From Alphaproteobacteria bacterium (lineage in GTDB: Bacteria; Pseudomonadota; Alphaproteobacteria; UBA7985; JAUIBT01): a stretch of 64,000 nucleotides of DNA. Below the pieces are notes generated by a model, which worked only from the letters and a program-made list of their open reading frames with translations, ran no database searches and was not told the origin of the DNA. The position numbers and the translations under genes are program-made. The stretch spans positions 9,380-73,379 of the forward strand of contig JAUIBT010000020.1 in assembly GCA_030428255.1 (NCBI GenBank), read 5' to 3'. Below, piece by piece: positions 49,826-58,807 of this stretch; position 1 is the first letter of the stretch; every line of letters begins with the position of its first letter.

Positions 49826-51751
49826 CTAACCTCTATCCGCCAACGGCTGAGCGACTGACTTCGTAAGACCACGCAAAAAGCGCTTTTGTGCGGCGATGCG
49901 GAAGGGGGCGTTGGCCGCGCCATAGCCGCGATGGCCGCCCTGGCGCTGAACAATTTCAAAGAAGAAACCATTGGCGAGCGGCGCAGAATAGAGCTGGAAG
50001 AAGGGGCCGTTGTCATCTTCGTCATACAGAATGTTGTGGGCCTGCAAGCCTTGGCAGAAGTCCGCGCGGAGATCAAAGCGCGCCGCCAGGTCATGGTAGT
50101 AGTTCTGAGGCATGGGCAGAGCGGCGAAGCTGTTTTCCGCCAGCGCTTTGGCCGTCTGGAAGATATCTTCAGTGGCCAGAGCGATGTGCTGCACCGAGGA
50201 GCCCAGCGAACTCGTCAAGAAGCGCCCGGCTAGTGTGGCGTGGGTCTCGGCCCCGTTGAGCGTCACCCTTAGGCCCGGTTGGGGCGTCTCGAGCGCTTGG
50301 CTGCGCACCAGGCCATCGGGGTCGATCACGTCAACCAGCGCCGATTTTTCCATATCAAACAAGGCCGTATAGAACAGCGTCCAGCTCAGCATCTGGGCGT
50401 AGCTCATGGTGTGGGCAATGTGGTCGATGCTGTGCAGGCCGGTCGGGGTGGTGGCGGGTGTGCCGGTGGCGGGTGTGCTGGTGGCGGCGAACTCCAGGTC
50501 CCAAACCCGCGTCAGACCGCTGGCGTCGTCCAAGAAGTGCAACACGCTGGCCCCCAAGCCTCGAATGGCAGGAATTTCAAGCTCGCCGGGGCTCAGGGGT
50601 TGAGCAAAGGGCTTGGAGCCCAGCATGCGCGCGCGTTGCAGCGTCGCCGCAGCATCTTCGACCGCCAGGCCCATATCGCAGACGCAAAGCCCAGCCTGGG
50701 CGTAGGCGTCGCCGGCGTGGCTGTTGATCTCGGCATTGATCAGCAGGCGCACGTCGCCTTGCTGCCAGACCTCCAGCGCTTTGTTGCGATGCAGCAAGCG
50801 CCGCTCAAAGCCCATACTGGCGAGCAAGGTTGCAAAGGCCTCAGCCTGGTCGTCTTGGGCTGCAAATTCGATAAAATCGATGCCCTTGAGCTTGCTGCGC
50901 GGAGCCATGGCGGGCAAATCGACAGTCAAACTAGGCTCGCGTTGGCGCAGGTCGTCTAACGTGGCGATAAGCGAGCGATAGCCGTCAGCGGTAATGGTCT
51001 CGGTCGGGCCCGTGCGGAACAAATCGTTGAAGATTTCCAGACTGACCGGGCCTTGGTAGCCGGTGGCCATCACCGCTTGCATGAAGCTGGTCACCGGCAG
51101 ATCGCCTTCGCCCGGCATGTTGCGAAAGTGGCGCGACCAATACAACAGGTCCATGTCGATGGCGGGCGCGTCGGCCAACTGGACAAAGAAGATTTTGTCG
51201 CCTGGAATGGCGCGAATGCTGGCCGGGTCGATCTTGCGCGCCAGGGTGTGGAAGCTGTCCAGGATCAGGCCGATGTTGGGGTGGTCAGCGCGTCGCACCA
51301 CCTCCCAAGCGTCGCGGTGGTCGCTGACGTGCTTGCCCCAAGCCAGCGCTTCGAAGCCGACCCGCAGGCCGCGCTTGGCCGCGCGCTCACCCAGCTCGGC
51401 GAAATCGTCCGCCATGCGATCAATGCCGCCCAAAGCTGCCGGATGCACCGACGAGCAGACCAGCAGGTTTTTGGTGCCCAGCTCCTCCATCAGGTCGAAT
51501 TTGCGCTCGGCACGAGAAAAGGCGCGCGAGCGGTAGGGCTCGGGCAGGCCTTCGAAGTCGCGAAAGGGTTGAAACAGCAGGATCTCCAAGCCCTTGTCGC
51601 GCACCATCTTGCCGACCTCTTTGGCCCCGCCGTCGTGGGCGATAAAGTCCTGTTCGAAGATTTCAACGCCGTCAAAGCCCGCGTTGGCAATCGCTGCCAA
51701 GCGCTGTTGCAGGTCGCCCGATAAAGAGACGGTGGCAATACTGGTTTTCAT
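49826..51751 (-). CDS. 3-Dehydroshikimate dehydratase, QuiC1-type (sugar-phosphate isomerase/xylose-isomerase-like TIM barrel fused to HPPD-like domain)
   Basis: N-terminal AP-endonuclease-2/xylose isomerase-like TIM domain (ATVSLSGDLQQRLAAIANAGFDGVEIF) plus a C-terminal 4-HPPD/VOC-like domain. The ATG at 51751 has a GAGG RBS. Confidence 0.75.
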   Translation of the reverse strand: MKTSIATVSLSGDLQQRLAAIANAGFDGVEIFEQDFIAHDGGAKEVGKMVRDKGLEILLFQPFRDFEGLPEPYRSRAFSRAERKFDLMEELGTKNLLVCSSVHPAALGGIDRMADDFAELGERAAKRGLRVGFEALAWGKHVSDHRDAWEVVRRADHPNIGLILDSFHTLARKIDPASIRAIPGDKIFFVQLADAPAIDMDLLYWSRHFRNMPGEGDLPVTSFMQAVMATGYQGPVSLEIFNDLFRTGPTETITADGYRSLIATLDDLRQREPSLTVDLPAMAPRSKLKGIDFIEFAAQDDQAEAFATLLASMGFERRLLHRNKALEVWQQGDVRLLINAEINSHAGDAYAQAGLCVCDMGLAVEDAAATLQRARMLGSKPFAQPLSPGELEIPAIRGLGASVLHFLDDASGLTRVWDLEFAATSTPATGTPATTPTGLHSIDHIAHTMSYAQMLSWTLFYTALFDMEKSALVDVIDPDGLVRSQALETPQPGLRVTLNGAETHATLAGRFLTSSLGSSVQHIALATEDIFQTAKALAENSFAALPMPQNYYHDLAARFDLRADFCQGLQAHNILYDEDDNGPFFQLYSAPLANGFFFEIVQRQGGHRGYGAANAPFRIAAQKRFLRGLTKSVAQPLADRG

Positions 51752-51758
51752 AGGGGCC

Positions 51759-52604
51759 TCAGAGGGGCAGGTGGGCCAGGCGGCGAAGCTGATCTGGGCT
51801 CGCGCTTGGCAGATCAAAGAATTCGAGATAGGCAGGGATCTGTTCAAAAAGCATGTCGATGCCGACTTGCACCTGGCAACCCGCCGCCCGGGCCGCTGCC
51901 AGGAAGGGAGTCTCCTGCTGGCTCATCACCACCTCACCAACGAAGCTGGCAGGCGACAAGCGCGCGGGATCGATCGGCAAGGGGTCGTGCGCCTGCATGC
52001 CTAACGGCGTGGCATTGACCAGGATGTCAAAGCCGAGCGGGTCGTTGCTGCCCGTCGTAATGCGGATGTTGGGATAGGCGCAGGCGATGCGCTTTGCCAG
52101 GGCTTGGCTGGCCTGTTGGTTGGCATCGTACAAGGCCAGGCGTGCTAGGCCCGCTTCCGCCAGGGAGGCGGCGATTGCCGAGCCGACACCGCCATTGCCC
52201 ACCACCAGGGCCGAGGCTTGGCCTATGGTACGGCCCTTGTTGATCAGCCCGCGCACAAATCCTTGACCGTCGAACATGTCGCCAACCAAGCGGCCATTGG
52301 GCGCGCGCCGGACGGCGTTGCACGCGCCGCAAATGCGCGCCGTGGTCGAAATGTCGTCCAAGAGATCAAGCACGCGCACCTTGTGCGGCATGGTGATCAG
52401 GGCGCCGCGGGTGTTGCGCAGCCGGAACAGCAGCGGCAAGAAATCCGCGAAGTCTTGCGGCTCACAGCCCATGGGCACCACCACCAGATCAAGCCCTTGG
52501 TCAGCGAACCAGGGGTTATAAATCAAGGGCGCCTTAAAAGCCGGGGTGGGCACTCCCAAGTGCGCGATGATCTGGGTGGTACCGGTGATCACGGGGTGGC
52601 GCAT
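51759..52604 (-). CDS. Shikimate/quinate dehydrogenase family protein (AroE-like)
   Basis: Shikimate_dh_N-like N-terminus (HPVITGTTQIIAHLGVPT..KAPLIYNPWF) and the Rossmann motif VVGNGGVGSAIAASL. Confidence 0.8.
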   Translation of the reverse strand: MRHPVITGTTQIIAHLGVPTPAFKAPLIYNPWFADQGLDLVVVPMGCEPQDFADFLPLLFRLRNTRGALITMPHKVRVLDLLDDISTTARICGACNAVRRAPNGRLVGDMFDGQGFVRGLINKGRTIGQASALVVGNGGVGSAIAASLAEAGLARLALYDANQQASQALAKRIACAYPNIRITTGSNDPLGFDILVNATPLGMQAHDPLPIDPARLSPASFVGEVVMSQQETPFLAAARAAGCQVQVGIDMLFEQIPAYLEFFDLPSASPDQLRRLAHLPL

Positions 52605-52685
52605 AGACCCACCTTGCTGCGGCTTAGAGCGCGGTGTGTGGCGTCGGTTCGGCGGTCTTGGATCATGGAAGAAAAATGCATGGCC

Positions 52686-53747
52686 CTAGTCCAGCCGAAC
52701 CGTCTCGCCGGTCTGCGCTGCCGTTTGGATGGCCTCCACGACCTGCAAACTGCGCAAGCCCTCGCGGCCCGAGACCAGGGGGGCTTGGCGACCGGAAATG
52801 ACCTCAATGAAATGCGCGATTTGGTTCACCAAGGGGTCCGAGAAGTCACGCGCTGCCACGGTGGCCGCCATGGGCTGCCACCAATCAGGATGGTCCTGGT
52901 GACGCCAGAGCCGCAAATCGGGGATCGATAGACTGCCCAGCGAGCCACCAATCAGATAGCAGCTTTGGCCGGTGATAGGGTAGGCGGGGTTCTCAGCGGC
53001 GGTCATCTCCCAACTCCAAGGTGAGGCGATGGAGTCCGATACAGTGATGGTGCCAAGTGCGCCCGACTCAAAGCGCAGCAAGGCAGCGGCCAGGTCCTCG
53101 TTTTCGAAACCTCTCAGGGCAGGGGCGGCCTGCGCCTGCACACTCACCACCTCGCCGCAAAGGTAACGCAGCAGGTCGATGTCATGGACCAAATTCACGG
53201 AAATTGGGCCGGCGCCTTTCTTTGTCCGCCAAGGCGCTTGGGCGAAATAGTCGTCGGGCTTGTAGAACCAACACGTGGCCTGGGCGGCGCGCAGGGTGCC
53301 AATCGCTCCGTCATCGATCAAAGCTTTTGCTTTTTGTATCAGCGGGTTGTAGCGGCGATGGTGCCCAACCAAAATCGGGATATCTTTGGCTTCAGACACC
53401 TTTAGCAAGGCTGTTGCGTCTTGGGCTGCGGTCGCCAGTGGCTTTTCAATCAACATTGGGCAGCCCTGGGCAACACAAGCCAGGGCTTGATCGACGTGCA
53501 GGGTCGTGGGGGTGGCCAGTATGACGCCATCTGGCTGCGCGTCGGCCAGCATCGCGTCGAGATCGGGATAGATCGCCAGCCCCAAAGCCTGTGCGCTGCA
53601 AGCGGCCTCGGTGCTTGGATCGACCAGTGCCGTTAGCTGACAGCCGCCAACCTGCGCGATGGCTTGCGCGTGCCGCCGACCAATCAGCCCAAAGCCGACA
53701 ATGGCGAGGCGGTACGGCGCGCGATCGCCGTGGTTGCTGTTCGACAT
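52686..53747 (-). CDS. Gfo/Idh/MocA family oxidoreductase
   Basis: YRLAIVGFGLIGRRHAQA Rossmann N-terminus and the MocA C-terminal domain. The ATG at 53747 has an AGAGGAAAGG RBS. Confidence 0.85.
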   Translation of the reverse strand: MSNSNHGDRAPYRLAIVGFGLIGRRHAQAIAQVGGCQLTALVDPSTEAACSAQALGLAIYPDLDAMLADAQPDGVILATPTTLHVDQALACVAQGCPMLIEKPLATAAQDATALLKVSEAKDIPILVGHHRRYNPLIQKAKALIDDGAIGTLRAAQATCWFYKPDDYFAQAPWRTKKGAGPISVNLVHDIDLLRYLCGEVVSVQAQAAPALRGFENEDLAAALLRFESGALGTITVSDSIASPWSWEMTAAENPAYPITGQSCYLIGGSLGSLSIPDLRLWRHQDHPDWWQPMAATVAARDFSDPLVNQIAHFIEVISGRQAPLVSGREGLRSLQVVEAIQTAAQTGETVRLD

Positions 53748-53876
53748 GGCAAAGCCTTTCCTCTTGGCTGAGTCCGCGCTTGCCAGCGGCTGTCTGGGAT
53801 CGGGGGCCCTTAATGTGCTGGCAGGCAGGTCAGGATGGTGGCGATTCTGCGCGCTGCGAACAGCTTTGGCAGTCAC

Positions 53877-53991
53877 GGCTAGGATTGTAGCTCAAAGATA
53901 TGATAAGATCAATAATATATGATATTTATTTTTTTAGCCAATGCAGCAATCATATCCTATGATATCTGTGATACGCTGAAATCTAGGATTT
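53877..53991. promoter_or_regulatory. AT-rich divergent promoter/operator region with three TATGATAT-like motifs between the GntR regulator and the MocA/shikimate operon
   Basis: ~75% AT over 115 bp in a ~64% GC genome. Motifs are gatATGATAag, atATGATATtt and ctATGATATct, plus tgtgatac. Confidence 0.5.
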
Positions 53992-54681
53992 TTGCTCCGC
54001 GCGAGACCGAGGCTTATGACGCAACATTCTGAGACGGTCGGTCACTCGACCTATGAGAAACTCAAACACGACATCATCTTTGGCGTTCTGACTCCAGGCA
54101 GGAAGCTCAAGCTCAGCGGGTTGCGCGAGCACTATGACGCCAGCGTTTCCACCCTGCGCGAGACTCTCAATCGCTTGGCCAGCGAAGGCTTTGTCGCGGC
54201 CGAGGAACAGCGCGGTTTCTTTGTCGCTCCGGTTTCAACCAAGGATCTGGTAGAAATCACTAATCTGCGGGTGCTGATGGAGTGTCATGCGATCCGCTTA
54301 TCTGTCGAAAAGGGCGGTACCGAGTGGGAGGCTAACTTGGTGGCAGCGCACTATAAGTTGCACCAGATGGAAAAGCGCATGGCCGAGGGGGACGAGTCCA
54401 AAATAGAGACGTGGAAGCGGTTTGACTGGGAGTTCCATTTGGCACTGATCGAGGCTTGCGATTCAAAGAACCTGCTCGATTTGCATGCCATCGTGTATGA
54501 TAAATATCTTCGTTATCAAATGCTTGTCCTGACCTATCGCGGCCAACCTGCAGTGGAAGAGCACCGCGCGATGCTGGAGGCCGCCTTGGAGCGCGACGGC
54601 GAGCGCGTTGCTGGGCTGCTGGAGACCCATATTCAAAATGGGCTGGATCATGCCTTGGCAGCGATGACGTCTGGCGCTTAA
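53992..54681 (+). CDS. GntR-family transcriptional regulator (FadR/FCD subfamily)
   Basis: GntR wHTH (YEKLKHDIIFGVLTPGRKLKLSGLREHYDASVSTLRETLNRLASEGFV) plus an FCD domain. The start may be ATG 54016 (MTQHSE..). Confidence 0.88.
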   Translation: MLRARPRLMTQHSETVGHSTYEKLKHDIIFGVLTPGRKLKLSGLREHYDASVSTLRETLNRLASEGFVAAEEQRGFFVAPVSTKDLVEITNLRVLMECHAIRLSVEKGGTEWEANLVAAHYKLHQMEKRMAEGDESKIETWKRFDWEFHLALIEACDSKNLLDLHAIVYDKYLRYQMLVLTYRGQPAVEEHRAMLEAALERDGERVAGLLETHIQNGLDHALAAMTSGA

Positions 54682-54747
54682 ATCGATCATTCTGGTCTAG
54701 CCCAGCGCAGCTGGCATAGACCGGCGGCAACTTTTAGGGAGGGGCCC

Positions 54748-56274
54748 ATGTGGCGTTTGGCGGAAATCCTTGGTGCCTTGTCGATGGCGACCGACATGGC
54801 GGCGGGCAATCCACCGGGCAGCTCGATGGCCGCAGCGGTGGTTGCCCAGCGGATTGGCAAGCGCATGGGGTTGGGTCCAGAGGCGCTGTCGTCGCTCTAT
54901 TACGCTGGCATGCTGCGCTTTATCGGCTGTACCTCAACCTCCTCAGAGACGGCAAGCCTGGCGCTGGGCGACGAGCTGACCGGCTATCTGGCCATGACCC
55001 GCGCTGACCTTGGCAACCCCGCCAGTGTTCGACAGGAACTGGAGCGCATCTTCGCCCCTGAGCGGCCGCTTGAGGACAAGCAAGCCATCATCGACATGAT
55101 AATCGCGATGGGCCCCGAGGTCATGGCGATGGGCCTACCTCATTGCCGCCAGGCGGTGGCGATCGCCCGCCGTCTGCCGGTGCCAGCGGAAGTCAGCGAT
55201 ATTTTGCAGCACCTGGAATCGCGATGGGATGACCTGCACCCCATCCACCCGCCCGGGCCCGAACTGCTGCCGCAAACCCGGATCATCGAGTTTGCCGTGG
55301 TGGCCGAATTGCATCGGCGCGCGGGCGGGGTGGTGGCCATGGCCGACTGCGCTCTGTCGCGTCGCGGCGGGCAGTTCGACCCGCAAGTGGTGGATATCTT
55401 TTTGGAAAACAGCAGCGAGGTTCTGGCTGGCCTGACGCTAGGCCAGGAGTGGGAGACTTTCTTGGAGGTCGAACCGGGCGAGCGTTTCATGAGCGGGGCT
55501 CAAGGCTTGCGCGATGCCGCCGAGGCACTGGCCGATTTCACCGATCTCAAGAGTCCCTGGTTTACCGGCCATTCGCGCCGGGTGGCGGGTTTGGCCCATC
55601 GCGCCGCCCTGGCGGCGGGCGGTGAAGAGGCGCGCTGCGAGGCGGTCTTTAACGCTGGTCTGTTGCACGATGTGGGCAAGAACGCCATTGCCAATGGGAT
55701 TTGGGACAAACCCAGCCCGCTGACCCGCTTTGAACAAGCCACCGCGCTCAATGCCAGCCTGTATACCGAGCAGGTGCTGCGCCTAACCCCGGTTTTCGAT
55801 CCCATCTGCGAGCCCGCCTGCTCGGTCAACGAGCGCAGCGACGGTTCAGGAAGCCACCGCCGAGTGCGGCTGGCCACCGGTCCAGCGGCCTATTTGGCGG
55901 TGGCCAACCTCTATGATGAGCTGGTGAGCGACGCGGCGAATAAGCCAGCGCTGAGCAAGGGCGATGCCGCTGAGGCCCTGCTGGCTGAGGTACAAGCAGG
56001 CCGGCTGCCACGCCAGGAAACCCAGAACGTGCTGGATAGCACAGGTCACGTCGGTCAAGGTGAGACCGTCTGGCCGGACGGCATGACCAAGCGTGAAGCC
56101 CAGGTTTTGCGTGAGTTGTCTTTGGGCAAATCGAACAAGGACATCGCCCAGGCACTGGGGATTTCGCCCAAGACGGTCGATAATCACCTGCAAAATCTCT
56201 ACCCAAAAATCGGCGCGGAGACCCGGACCGCTGCCGCGCTCTATGCCATGCAGCTCGGTTTGTTTTCGGCCTAG
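54748..56274 (+). CDS. LuxR-family transcriptional regulator with N-terminal HD/HD-GYP-like domain(s)
   Basis: C-terminal LuxR HTH (MTKREAQVLRELSLGKSNKDIAQALGISPKTVDNHLQNLY). Central HD-type block GLLHDVGK and a degenerate GYP motif (DGSGSH). An upstream HD-related segment lacks the HD dyad. Confidence 0.75.
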   Translation: MWRLAEILGALSMATDMAAGNPPGSSMAAAVVAQRIGKRMGLGPEALSSLYYAGMLRFIGCTSTSSETASLALGDELTGYLAMTRADLGNPASVRQELERIFAPERPLEDKQAIIDMIIAMGPEVMAMGLPHCRQAVAIARRLPVPAEVSDILQHLESRWDDLHPIHPPGPELLPQTRIIEFAVVAELHRRAGGVVAMADCALSRRGGQFDPQVVDIFLENSSEVLAGLTLGQEWETFLEVEPGERFMSGAQGLRDAAEALADFTDLKSPWFTGHSRRVAGLAHRAALAAGGEEARCEAVFNAGLLHDVGKNAIANGIWDKPSPLTRFEQATALNASLYTEQVLRLTPVFDPICEPACSVNERSDGSGSHRRVRLATGPAAYLAVANLYDELVSDAANKPALSKGDAAEALLAEVQAGRLPRQETQNVLDSTGHVGQGETVWPDGMTKREAQVLRELSLGKSNKDIAQALGISPKTVDNHLQNLYPKIGAETRTAAALYAMQLGLFSA

Positions 56275-56471
56275 ACCCCAGGCCGGGCCGCTCCAGCCCC
56301 GCCAGGCGATAGTTCGATGTGTACTTCGTTGCTTGACGAGCAGGCTGGTGCTTTTTGCGGCACGGCGCCCAGAAACTTGCCGTGTCTAGGGAAGTCTCCC
56401 TATGGGCCCGGTCTCGGCTCACCGCTAGTCTCTTCTTGTGTTCACCACAGCGAACCTAAGGGGAGTTTATT

Positions 56472-56969
56472 ATGTTCGTTCAATACCTTAGAGGTACGGC
56501 TCTGGCAGCCGCCCTCGTTCTTTCTACCACCAGCTACGCAGAGGAGATGCAGGTTATGAAGCGTCACGCCGTCAACCCAGTGGGCTGGGGAGCCGCCTAT
56601 CTTTTGAACCAGGGTGAAGTCATTGAGGGCGCTCAGCGCCAGCTTCACACCTCGGGCCAGGTTGCGCTGAAGGAAGACCCCGAGAGCCCGCTGGGCATTT
56701 CGGTGACCAACGAAGGCGATCTCCGGGGCCAGATGCAAGACGCTTTGGCCAGTCTAGATGCGATTTTGGAGCAAGCTGGAATGAGCCGCTCGGATATCAC
56801 TCATCTGACCTTCTATACCACCGACGTTGACGGTTTTCTGGCGAATTATGACGTCTATGGCGACTGGATCGCGCCGGCAGGCATCATGCCGACCCAAAGC
56901 CTGCTGGGTGTCGCGCGCTTGGTTTTGCCGGAAATTTTGGTCGAAATTGAGCTGACAGCAGCGCAATAA
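56472..56969 (+). CDS. RidA/YjgF-family protein with N-terminal signal peptide
   Basis: Strong AAGGGGAG RBS. Signal peptide MFVQYLRGTALAAALVLSTTSYA. A RidA-like C-terminal region (...LVLPEILVEIELTAAQ). Confidence 0.7.
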   Translation: MFVQYLRGTALAAALVLSTTSYAEEMQVMKRHAVNPVGWGAAYLLNQGEVIEGAQRQLHTSGQVALKEDPESPLGISVTNEGDLRGQMQDALASLDAILEQAGMSRSDITHLTFYTTDVDGFLANYDVYGDWIAPAGIMPTQSLLGVARLVLPEILVEIELTAAQ

Positions 56970-57341
56970 CCCAAATGCCGCGCCGCGCCGGTCAGGGGCC
57001 AGCGCTGGGCCTCGCGGCCAACGGTCTTTTGCACCTGGCAAATCCCCGCTTTGTCCGCAAAGTACAAGCGATGAAGGCAGCAGGCGCAACGCCCAAGCGT
57101 CACCCTCGATTGTGAAGGTGGATTGGTAGCAAAACCACAAAGACAGAGCGCGTCGAGTGACAAAAGGCAAACAAAACCTGCTCCAGGTCAGGCCTTGGCC
57201 TCGCACTCATCAATGCCGTGGAGCCCCACACAAGGGCACTGCGGCATTGTTGCTTGGGGTGGGCCTGCTCCCCTGGTCCGCCCCTTGCTTGGTAAAAGTG
57301 GGGAGGCGAGTGCGGGCCGGCGACCGCCGTGCAGGTAGGTC

Positions 57342-57695
57342 TAGTTGGCGCAAATCCACCGTCGTTTTGCTTGGGGTTTGCGGCTCTAGTTGGCGCAAAT
57401 CCACCGTCGCTTTGCTCAGGGTTTGCGGGTTTAGTTGGCGCAAATCCACCGTCGCTTTGCTCGGGGTTTGCGGGTTTAGTTGGCGCAAATCCACCGTCGC
57501 TTTGCTCGGGGTTTGCGGGTTTAGTCGGCGCAAATCCACCGTCGCTTTGCTCGGGGTTTTCGGGTTTAGTTGGTGCAAATCCACCGTCGCTTTGCTCGGG
57601 GTTTGCGGGTTTAGTCGGCGCAAATCCACCGTCGCTTGGCTCGGGTTTTGCGGGTTTACAGCGCAAATCCACCGTCGCTTTGCTCGGGGTTTGCG
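57342..57695. repeat. REP-like hairpin repeat array, 45-bp unit x~8, abutting the aglK stop codon
   Basis: The unit tagttggCGCAAAtccaccgtcgcTTTGCtcGGGGTTTGCGGgtt has period 45 (copies at 57342, 57387, 57432, 57477, 57532, 57577, 57632, partial 57677). Each unit has the inverted repeats GCAAA/TTTGC and TTTGCG/CGCAAA. A degenerate copy lies near 57040. Confidence 0.9.
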
Positions 57696-58790
57696 CTAGT
57701 CCTTCCGGCGCATGGACTGTCCCTTGTGGAATAAATGCACCTTGTCCGGTGCCGCGGTCAGCCCGATGTCCTGGCCGCGCACATTGGCGTGAATGCCGGT
57801 CAGCTTAGCGATCACGGCCTCTTTGCCCGCTGGTGCCTCAAAATACAGCAATGTCACCTCGCCCAAGGCCTCGGTAATGTCCACCTTGCCGTGATACAGG
57901 CTGCCGTCCACCGGAGCTGGGACCAAATCCTCAGGTCGGACGCCGACGTTGACCTGCTTATTCAGGTCGCCGTCTTGTGTCGCGATGGCGCTTAGCGCGG
58001 TGCCGCCGCCTGCCAATTCAACGCGCGTAGTCGCGCCGGTCTCGACAATCTTGCCAGGCAAGAGGTTCATGGCGGGGGAGCCGATGAACTGTGCGACGAA
58101 CTCGTTCTGGGGGGTCTCATAGAGCTCCAAGGGCGTGCCGACCTGGGCAATGCCTTTGTTGGCCAGCACCACAATGCGGCTGGCCAGGGTCATAGCCTCG
58201 ACCTGATCGTGGGTGACGTAAATCATGGTGCGGTCCGGCATGGACTCTTTCAACTTGGCAATCTCAATCCGTGTGGCCACCCGCAGCGCGGCGTCCAGGT
58301 TGGACAGGGGCTCGTCGAACAAGAAGACCTTGGGATCGCGGACGATCGAGCGGCCAATGGCAACCCGCTGGCGCTGGCCGCCGGACAGGGCCTTGGGCAG
58401 GCGATCCAGATAGGGTTCAAGCTGCAAAATCCGCGCGGCTTTCCCGACCGCCTCGGCAATTTCGGCTTTTGTCTTGCGCGCGATCCGCAGCGCGAAGGCC
58501 ATGTTTTCGCGCACGGTCATGTGGGGATAAAGCGCGTAGGACTGGAAGACCATGGCGATGCCGCGCTGGGCGGGCGGAACGTCGTTCACGGTCTGACCGT
58601 CGATTTGCAGCGTGCCGCCAGAGATTTTTTCAAGCCCCGCGATCATGCGCAACAAGGTGGACTTGCCGCAGCCCGAAGGGCCGACAAAAACGATCAACTC
58701 GCCTTGTTTGATGTCCAGGTTGATATCCTGGAGTACCGTAATTGCGTTTCCATAGGCCTTGGAAACATTGGTAAGTTTCAGGGTTGCCAT
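57696..58790 (-). CDS. aglK: Sugar ABC transporter ATP-binding protein (MalK/UgpC family)
   Basis: Walker A GPSGCGKST, LSGGQRQRVAIGR, Walker B, plus a C-terminal TOBE/MalK regulatory domain. Confidence 0.92.
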   Translation of the reverse strand: MATLKLTNVSKAYGNAITVLQDINLDIKQGELIVFVGPSGCGKSTLLRMIAGLEKISGGTLQIDGQTVNDVPPAQRGIAMVFQSYALYPHMTVRENMAFALRIARKTKAEIAEAVGKAARILQLEPYLDRLPKALSGGQRQRVAIGRSIVRDPKVFLFDEPLSNLDAALRVATRIEIAKLKESMPDRTMIYVTHDQVEAMTLASRIVVLANKGIAQVGTPLELYETPQNEFVAQFIGSPAMNLLPGKIVETGATTRVELAGGGTALSAIATQDGDLNKQVNVGVRPEDLVPAPVDGSLYHGKVDITEALGEVTLLYFEAPAGKEAVIAKLTGIHANVRGQDIGLTAAPDKVHLFHKGQSMRRKD

Positions 58791-58807
58791 GCGTGGTCCT
58801 CCAGGGG

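Noticed and set aside
50279-51724. Several 220-230-aa plus-strand ORFs antisense to the QuiC1-type dehydratase gene
   Set aside because: They lie opposite a 640-aa gene with two recognisable domains. They have low-complexity Ala/Arg/Gly composition.
57342-57695. CRISPR array?
   Set aside because: Repeats are directly contiguous with no unique spacers (period = repeat length). There are no cas genes in the window.
57100-57808. Four 140-190-aa ORFs on both strands composed of 15-aa periodic repeats
   Set aside because: They are translations of the 45-bp non-coding tandem array, with no RBS, no unique flanking sequence, and stops or starts inside repeat units.
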